A stretch of DNA of 64,000 nucleotides from Octopus vulgaris (taxonomy: Eukaryota): contig OX597842.1 of assembly GCA_951406725.2 (NCBI GenBank), forward strand, positions 13,206,001-13,270,000, in the 5' to 3' direction. The translations under genes and the position numbers were made by a program. The notes beneath the pieces are model-generated. The model did no database searches. It saw only the letters and a list, made by a program, of their open reading frames with translations, and was not told the origin of the DNA. Positions 1 through 64,000 of this stretch are shown one piece after another; within the stretch, counting starts at the first letter, position 1; the number at the start of each line of letters is the position of its first letter.

Positions 1-133
1 CAAGTTTATTAAAATCTTTGAAGCCATTAATTTCCTTAGATTTCTGAAATAATTGAATAAAGAATAATGTCATTTCATTCAATGAAAAAAAAAAGGAAAA
101 AATAAAACTCTCAGTACATAGATAATAACTACA

Positions 134-1972
134 ACTGTGTGTATAGGTGACTTACCAAGCACATGGTTCCGGGTTCAGTCCCACTGCATGGCACCTTGGG
201 CAAGTGTCTTCTACTATAGACTTGGGCCGACCAAAGCCTTCTGAGTGGATTTGGTAGACGGAAACTGAAAGAAGCTCCTCTTATATATGTAAATGTATGT
301 GTGTATATATATATATATATGTTTCTATGTGTGTATATAAGTGTGTCTGTGTTTGTCCCCCCAGCATCACTTGACACTCGATGCTGGTGTGTTTACGTCC
401 CCGTAACTTAGCGGTTCGGCAAAAGAGAGCGATAGAATAACAACTAGGCTTACAAAGAATAAGTCCGGGGGTCAGTTTGCTCCACTAATTGCGGTGCTCC
501 AGCATGGCCGCAATCAAAATGACTGAAACAAGTATAAGAGTATTAACGTTAAGTTAAATTTATATATTCTTTTATATTTTTACTTCTTTCAGTCCCTTGA
601 CTGCGGCCATGCTGGAGCCTCATCTTTAGTCGAACAAATCGAGCCTAATACTAAAATTATCGGTCTCCCTTACCGAACCGTTAAGTTACGGGGACATAAA
701 CACACCAGCATCGATTGTCAAGCGATGGTGGGGGACAAACATACACACACAAACACATACATACATATATACATAAATATAAATCTATGACGGGCTTCTT
801 TCAGTTGCTCCGACTCTTGCGTCTGCCAAATCCACTCACAAGGCCTTGGCCGACCCGAGGCTACGGTAATTCAATGGAACTGAACCCAGAACCGAGTGGT
901 TGTGAAGCAAGCTTCTTACCACACAGCCACTCCTGCGCCTATGTGTATATAGTATTTGTATACTCTTTTACTTGTTTCAGTCATTTGACTGCGGCCATGC
1001 AGGAGCACCGCCTTTTGTCGAGCAAATCGACCCCGGGACTTATTCTTTGTAAGCCCAGTACTTATTCTATCGGTCTCTTTTTGCCGAACCGCTAAGTGAC
1101 GGGGATGTAAACACACCAGCATCGGTTGTCAAGCAAACACAGACAAACAGATACATACATATATATATACATATATACGACAGGCTTCTTTCAGTTTCCG
1201 TCTATCAAATCCACTCACAAGGCATTGGTCGGCCCGGGGCTATAGCAGAAGACATTTGCCCAAGATGCCACGCAGTGGAACTGAACCCGGAACCATGTGG
1301 TTGATTAGCAAGCTATTTACCACACAGCCACTCCTGCGTATGTGGAAGTAATTTTAAAATATGCGTATAATGACTCGTATGATGTATAAAAACATTATTT
1401 GTGTATTGCTTCTTTCACTCATAGAGTCGGTTTCATTGGTTAGAATAGGAATTCCTTGCAGTGAAGGAACACGTGATGATACGTTGAACGTAGAATGCAA
1501 CGTTGCACACAAACACATTTACTCTTTACTCCTACTCTTTACTCTTACTCTTTCTTTACTCTTTTACTTATTTCAGCCATTTGACTGCGGCCATGCTGGA
1601 GCACCGCCTTTTAGTCGAGCACATCGACCCCAGGACTTATTCTTTTGTAAGCCTAGCACTTATTCTATCGGCCTCTTTTTGCCGAACCGCTAAGTTACGG
1701 GGACGTAATCACACCAGCATCGGTTGTCAAGCGATGTTGGGGAGGGGGGACAAACACAGACACACAAACACACACATACATATACACACACATATATATA
1801 TATACATACGACAGGCTTCTTTCAGTTTCCGCCTACCAAATCCACTCACAAGGCTTTGTTCGGCCCGAGGTTATAGTAGAAGACATTTGCCCAAGGTGCC
1901 ACGCAGTGGGACTGAACCCGCAATCCATGTAGTTCGTAAACAAGCTACTTACCACACAGCCACTCCTACGCC
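134..1972. mobile_element. Cluster of four copies of tRNA-derived SINE family 1 (one +, three -)
   Basis: Shared motifs ggttccgggttcagtcccactg, gagtggatttggtagacggaaactgaaagaag, internal (TA/TG)n and tail ctccagcatggccgcagtcaaatgactgaaacaagtaaaagag. Confidence 0.9.
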
Positions 1973-2331
1973 TATATGTAATATACGTAGTTGGTTCATT
2001 AACAATAACGCTATGTACGATATCCAATTTTTTCAGTCTACACTGTATTCAATATTTAATATTGTTAATATCCAGTCGTTACGTAGAATGATTTCTTGGA
2101 CAAAAAGGAAAGGGTCATCTGCATTGATTAAAATTCTGTGTTGGGATATCATGGTATCTTCTTTACTCTAACCGGAAATGCAGTTTATAAACCATCTACT
2201 GCTAAAGGTTCAAGGAAATCTCCTCGGCGAATTTGCACATAGAGCCATTTTTGGGAAGTTAATTAAACAACACACACACACACACACACAGTTACACACA
2301 TGTGTGTTTCTGTGTGTATATGTGTGTATGG

Positions 2332-2701
2332 GGAGGCGCAATGGCCCAGTGGTTAGGGCAGCGGACTCGCGGTCGTAGGATCGCGGTTTCGATTCCCAGA
2401 CCGGGTGTTGTGGGTGTTTATTGAGCGAAAACACCTAAAAAGCTCCACGAGGCTCCGGCAGGGATGGTGGTGATCCCTGCTGTACTCTTTCACCACAACT
2501 TTCTCTCACTCTTACTTCCTGTTTCTGTATTTTCAAAGGGCCGGCCTTGTCACTCTCTGTGTCACGCTGAATATCCCCAAGAACTGCGTTAAGGGTACAC
2601 GTGTCTGTGGAGTGCTCAGCCACTTACACGTTAATTTCACGAGCAGGCTGTTCCGTTGATCGGATCAACCGGAACCCTCGTCGTCGTAACCGACGGAGTG
2701 C
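2332..2701 (+). mobile_element. tRNA-derived SINE family 2
   Basis: A box tggcccagtggttag and B box ggtttcgattccc; related copies on - strand at ~27520-27820 and ~63200-63523. Confidence 0.85.
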
Positions 2702-3078
2702 TTGCGCATATGTGTGTATGTGTGTGTTCATGTGTGTGTGAGAGAGAAAGTGACAGAGAGAGGGGGAGTGGGGGTGTCTCATGACACCACCACCCACATG
2801 ATAGCAGCGCCCCCTCAGTCTTCTCTTTCTTTTTTTTATCATCCTTCCTGTGGGTAAAAAAAATGCCCCTCCCCCCAAATTTGTTCAATCGGAAATTTTG
2901 ATTCCAGAATATTGTCATAAGAGCGACAACATTCTGGAATTCTCTCTTCGTCCATGGTTTTTCCTGCACACAGCAACCACATCGATCGGACCAATCCGTA
3001 AGAACTCTACGAACTGACGGATGTTGCTTCTCCGTATTTAAACAGTTTATGAAAGAAAATAGAAAATGAAATTCTTAC

Positions 3079-58515
<55,437 letters not shown>

Positions 58516-58766
58516 TTTCAGACGTAGATTAATCTGTTAAAGAAGAAAATACAAAATATCAGAAACTTCAGAGTTATTTTTTTTGTGGCTTCTTCGAAGG
58601 ACAAAGATTGCCTCCTCTTCCATGAGATGAATTTAGCTTTCATTTCTCTTATTTCCAGTTTGATATTGAAACATCAAAAACTTAATTCAATGATAATTCA
58701 ATGTGGAGAACATAATTATAAATTATAGCTTTAATAAGTGGTAATGTCGAATAAAAACTGAACATA

Positions 58767-58954
58767 GGCGCAGGAGTGGCTGTGTGGTAAGTAGCTTGCT
58801 AACCAACCACATGGTTCTGGGTTCAGTCCCACTGCGTGGCATCTTGGGCAAGTTTCTTCTGCTATAGCCCCGGGCCGACCAATGCCTTGTGAGTGGATTT
58901 GGTAGACGGAAACAGAAAGAAGCCTGTCGTATATATGTATGTATGTATATGTGT

Positions 58955-58991
<37 letters not shown>

Positions 58992-59190
58992 TGTGTCTGT
59001 GTTTGTCCCCCGAGCATTTCTTGACAACAGATGCTGGTGTGTTTACGTCCCCGTCACTGAGCGGTTCGGCAAAAGAGACCGATAGAATAAGTGCTAGGCT
59101 TACAAAGAATATGTCCCGGGGTCGATTTGCTCGACAAAAGGCGGTGCTCCAGCATGGCCGCAGTCAAATGACTGAAACAAGTAAAAGAGT
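58767..59190 (+). mobile_element. SINE family 1
   Basis: Full match; ~230 bp upstream of the first coding exon. Confidence 0.9.
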
Positions 59191-59250
59191 AGCGTATCAA
59201 TCGCCCTTGCACACACATACACAAATAGAAACATACACACAAACACACAT

Positions 59251-59286
<36 letters not shown>

Positions 59287-59293
59287 ATATATA

Positions 59294-59357
<64 letters not shown>

Positions 59358-60240
59358 GTTCTTGCTATTTTTGCTGTTTTTGCTTTCCATCAACACTTCG
59401 TCTCCCTTCCGAATCCCTTGGGATATTTTATGAAGTTATTCTCCAACTCCTCACGAAGTTACTGTCAAACAACATCACACTCATCTTTCTGCCCTCAATT
59501 AAAGAAACTGAAGCCACAACCACAACATCCCCATGAATGGCTGAGGGCTCCTACAGAGGAGCATCGGCAGCGGAAATGCTTACTCCTTGCTCTCACTGGA
59601 GCTCAGGCTCTTCCCAAACTTCCTGCTCTCCAAACCAACAACAACAACAATAACAACAACCTAAATAGTTCTTTCTACAAGACTTGCCCGTCCCCCACCG
59701 ATGCCTTGAAAGCGATTTGGAGGGGAAAATATCAGGTCAAAAGGTGCCAAATAATCTCCAAAAGGAGCGAAAACGGAGTGGGGTACAGAGAGTAACTTCG
59801 AATATACAACACTTCAACAGAACACTTCTCAATAGCTCCAACAACAACAACAACAACAACATCCCCAACAACAAAAACAAGTGCAACATCAATAACAGTA
59901 ACAGAATTATCAATATCAGTAAGAACCATATAAACTCTGCAAAAACCAAAACTGAAATTATTAAAACAACAATTTAAACTGTATACTAAACGTATCCATC
60001 AACTTTCCTATTGTGAACTAAAACAAGGAGTTGATAGACTCCTTAATTGAAGATACAAATAAAACCGAGGCGGAGTAGTGAGGGAATTTGAGAATTTCAT
60101 CGTCAAATCCGCAAGGGACAAACTGTTAATTAAAACCTTTCCGAATTTTACAAAATAATACAAGAAAAATTCTTAGGCGTAGGAGTTGGCTGTGTGGTAA
60201 GTAGCTTGCTTACCAACCACATGGTTCCGGGTTCAGTCTC

Positions 60241-62872
60241 AGACGAAATAACTATTTCTTTACTACCCACAAGGGGCTAAACACAGAGAGAACAAACAAG
60301 GACAGACAAAGGTATTCAGTCGATTACATCGACCCCAGTGCGTAACTGGTACTTATTTAATCGACCCCGAAAGGATGAAAGGCAAATTCGACCTCGTCGG
60401 AATTTGAACTCAGAACGTAAGGCAGACGAAATAACTATTTCTTTACTACCCACAAGGGGCTAAACACAGAGAGGGGAACAAACAAGAACAGACAAAGGGA
60501 TTAAGTTGACTACATCGACCCCAGTGCGTAACTGGTACTTAATTTAATAGACCCCGAAATGATGAAAGGCAAAGTCGACCTCGTCGGAATTTGAACTCAG
60601 AACGTAAAGACAGACGAAATAACTATTTCTTTACTACCCACAAGGGACTAAACACAGAGAGAACAAACAAGAACAGACAAAGGGATAAAGTTGATTACAT
60701 CGACCCCAGTGCGTAACTGGTACTTAATTTATCGACCCCGAAAGGATGAAAGGCAAAGTTGACCTCGGCGGAATTTGAACTCAGAACGTAAAGACAGACG
60801 AAATAACTATTTCTTTACTACCCACAAGGGGCTAAACACAGAGAGAACAAACAAGAACAGACAAAGGGATAAAGTTGATTACATCGACCCCAGTGCGTAA
60901 CTGGTACTTATTTAATCGACCCCGAAAGGATGAAAGGCAAAGTTGACCTCAGGCGGAATTTGAACTCAGAACGTAAAGACAGACGAAATAACTATTTCTT
61001 TACTACCCACAAGGGGCTAATTATAGAGGAGACAAACAAGGACAGACAAAGGGATTAAGTGTATTACATCGACCCTAGTGCGTAACTGGTACTTATTTAA
61101 TCGACCCCGAAAGGATGAAAGGCAAAGTCGACCTGGGCGGAATTTGAACTCAGAACGTAACGTCGAACGAAATACCTATTTCTTTACTACCCACAAGGGG
61201 CTAATTATAGAGGAGACAAACAAGGACAGACAAAGGGATTAAGTGTATTACATCGACCCTAGTGCGTAACTGGTACTTATTTAATCGACCCCGAAAGGAT
61301 GAAAGGCAAAGTCGACCTGGGCGGAATTTGAACTCAGAACGTAACGTCGAACGAAATACCTATTTCTTTACTACCCACAAGGGGCTAATTATAGAGGAGA
61401 CAAACAAGGACAGACAAAGGGATTAAGTGTATTACATCGACCCTAGTGCGTAACTGGTACTTATTTAATCGACCCCGAAAGGATGAAAGGCAAAGTCGAC
61501 CTGGGCGGAATTTGAACTCAGAACGTAACGTCGAACGAAATACCTATTTCTTTACTACCCACAAGGGGCTAAACACAGAGAGAACAAACTAGAACAGACA
61601 AAGGGATTAAGTCGATTATATCGACCCCAGTGCGTAACTGGTACTTATTTAAACGACCCCGAAAGGATGAAAGGCAAAGTCGACCTCGGCGGAATTTGAA
61701 CTCAGAACGTAGTGGCAGACGAAATAACTATTTCTTTACTACCCACAAGGGGGCTAAACACAGAGAGAACAAACAAGAACAGACAAAGGGATTAAGTTGA
61801 CTACATCGACCCCAGTGCGTAACTTGTACTTATTTAATAGACCCCGAAAGGATGAAAGGCAAAGTCGACCTCGTCGGAATTTGAACTCAGAACGTAGTGG
61901 CAGACGAAATAACTATTTCTTTACTACCCACAAGGGACTAAACACAGAGAGAACAAACAAGAACAGACAAAGGGATAAAGTTGATTACATCGACCCCAGT
62001 GCGTAACTGGTACTTATTTAATCGACCCCGAAAGGATGAAAAGCAAAGTCGACCTCAGCGGAATTTGAACTCAGAACGTAGTGGCAGACGAAATAACTAT
62101 TTCTTTACTACCCACAAGGGGCTAATTATAGAGGAGACAAACAAGGACAGACAAAGGGATTAAGTGTATTACATCGACCCTAGTGCGTAACTGGTACTTA
62201 CTTAATCGACCCCGAAATGATGAAAGGCAAAGTCGACCTGGGCGGAATTTGAACTCAGAACGTAACGTCAAACGAAATACCTATTTCTTTACTACCCACA
62301 AGGGGCTAAACACAGAGAGAACAAACTAGAACAGACAAAGGGATAAAGTTGATTACATCGACCCCAGTGCGTAACTGGTACTTATTTAATCGACCCCGAA
62401 AGGATGAAAAGCAAAGTCGACCTCAGCGGAATTTGAACTCAGAACGTAGTGGCAGACGAAATAACTATTTCTTTACTACCCACAAGGGGCTAAACACAGA
62501 GAGGAAAAACAAGGACTACAAAGGGATAAAGTTGATTACATCGACCCCAGTGCGTAACTGGTACTTATTTAATCGACCCCGAAAGGATGAAAAGCAAAGT
62601 CGACCTCAGCGGAATTTGAACTCAGAACGTAGTGGCAGACGAAATAACTATTTCTTTACTACCCACAAGGGGCTAAACACAGAGAGGAAAAACAAGGACT
62701 ACAAAGGGATAAAGTTGATTACATCGACCCCAGTGCGTAACTGGTACTTATTTAATCGACCCCGAAATGATGAAAGGCAAAGTCGACCTGGGCGGAATTC
62801 GATCTCAGAACGTAACGGCAGACGAAATACCGCAAAGCATTTCGCCCGGCGTGCTAACGTTTCTGCCACCTT
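60241..62872 (-). repeat. Tandem array of 14 x ~184-bp SINE family 3 body units with a single head
   Basis: ctacccacaagg recurs 14 times (e.g. 61187, 61371, 61555); the SINE head occurs only at ~62830-62872. Confidence 0.95.
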
Positions 62873-63026
62873 ATATGTTCGTGTTCTTCTCATTCATGTT
62901 ATTAATGTTTTCTCAATCGTGGCGGCTGCTGCTGATGTGAACGTTGCGGTTGTTTTCTATGTTAATGTTTTTGTTTTTTAATCGCCGTGGCTGCTGCTGA
63001 TGTGGAAGCTTTCACTGGTCTTTCCG

Positions 63027-63064
<38 letters not shown>

Positions 63065-63199
63065 GTTCGGCGCCATTGTTTATATGTTGCGTTATTGCTG
63101 CTGCTGATTACACTGTTATTGTTCCTGTTGTTGTTGTTGTTGTTGCTGTTTGTTTGTTTGTTTGTGGAACGAAGCGGTCTTCGTCCCAGAGTGAGAGAA

Positions 63200-63523
63200 A
63201 TCCGAAGCGTGGTCCTTTGCTATTCGTAAGACCCGCAGAAGAGAGAGCAGGTCAACCCCCGACACCGAGAGCATCGACGGATGGATGAATGCGCATCCAG
63301 GCTCAGCGGTTGAGTAGGAAGTCGGGGACAAAAAACAAAAAGAAAGAGTGAGAGAAAATTGGGACGAAAGAGTACAACAGGGGTCGCCACCACCCCCTGT
63401 CGGAGCCTCGTGGGGCTTTAGGTGTTTACGCTCAATAAACACACACAACGCCCGGTCTGGGAATCGAAACCACGACACTCCGACCACGAGTCCACTGCCC
63501 TAACCACTGGGCCATTGCGCCTC
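63200..63523 (-). mobile_element. SINE family 2
   Basis: Reverse complement of the 2332 head ggaggcgcaatggcccagtggttagggcag. Confidence 0.85.
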
Positions 63524-64000
63524 CTCTGCTGCAGCTGTTGTTGTTGTTGTTTAACCACAGGTAAACCTTGATTCAGCAGAGCCATGATCAAAAGCGCTCC
63601 ACCTATGACCATCCCATCAGATATTCATAATAGTGTATCCGGACTACATTAATGCATATTATAGTAGTTAGTTTTAGTGGCTATAGTTGTTGCTGTTTAG
63701 CCCTAGGCCAATCCTAATCTAGCAGACATATGATCAAATATGTTCCAGCTGTGACCATTCCATTTTATTCAGTGATAGTGTATATGTGACTATGTATATG
63801 TTGTTTAGTCCTAGGTCAGTCATGGTCCAGCTGACCTATGATCAAAGATGCTGTAACCATCCCATCTTTTATTCAGACATAGTGTATCAAGGACTTCATA
63901 ATCTAATGTATAATAGGTAGGCTAGAAATAACAGCCAGATCTCCTGGCTGTGACTGCCGGAGCCTCGAGGAGCTTTAGGTGTTTTCGCTCAATAAAGCAG

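Noticed and set aside
2332-2410. tRNA gene
   Set aside because: The tRNA-like head continues into a SINE body found in multiple copies, and there is no proper acceptor stem.
60241-62872. CRISPR-like or coding repeat array (ORFs 61797-62981)
   Set aside because: There are no unique spacers and no cas genes, the context is eukaryotic, and the units are SINE bodies.

Overview
AT-rich, microsatellite- and SINE-dense eukaryotic DNA; the repeat landscape suggests an octopus genome (inference, not tested by search). Almost the whole window is the 5' part of one minus-strand, multi-exon adhesion GPCR gene that the ORF track largely misses. I assembled 21 exons by hand between 58515 and 3079 with matching intron phases and AG acceptors; 20 have GT donors. 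They encode signal peptide, LRRNT, eight 72-nt single-LRR cassette exons, LRRCT, a SEA-like module, HRM, GAIN/GPS (HL|TSFALLM) and TM1. The rest of the 7TM lies left of the window. The LRR cassettes arose by tandem genomic duplication in the order (A-B-C)(A-B-C)(D)(D). Every cassette is phase 2-2, so any subset splices in frame. Paralogous cassettes differ mostly by amino-acid-changing substitutions near the predicted concave face, and one cassette has an AT instead of a GT donor. The introns carry Penelope-like fragments and many fold-back elements with minimal hammerhead-ribozyme motifs beside (TA)n runs. They also hold a decayed RTE LINE, Tc1/mariner remnants, three SINE families and a 14-bp minisatellite. 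A 14 x 184-bp SINE-derived tandem array lies upstream of the first coding exon.
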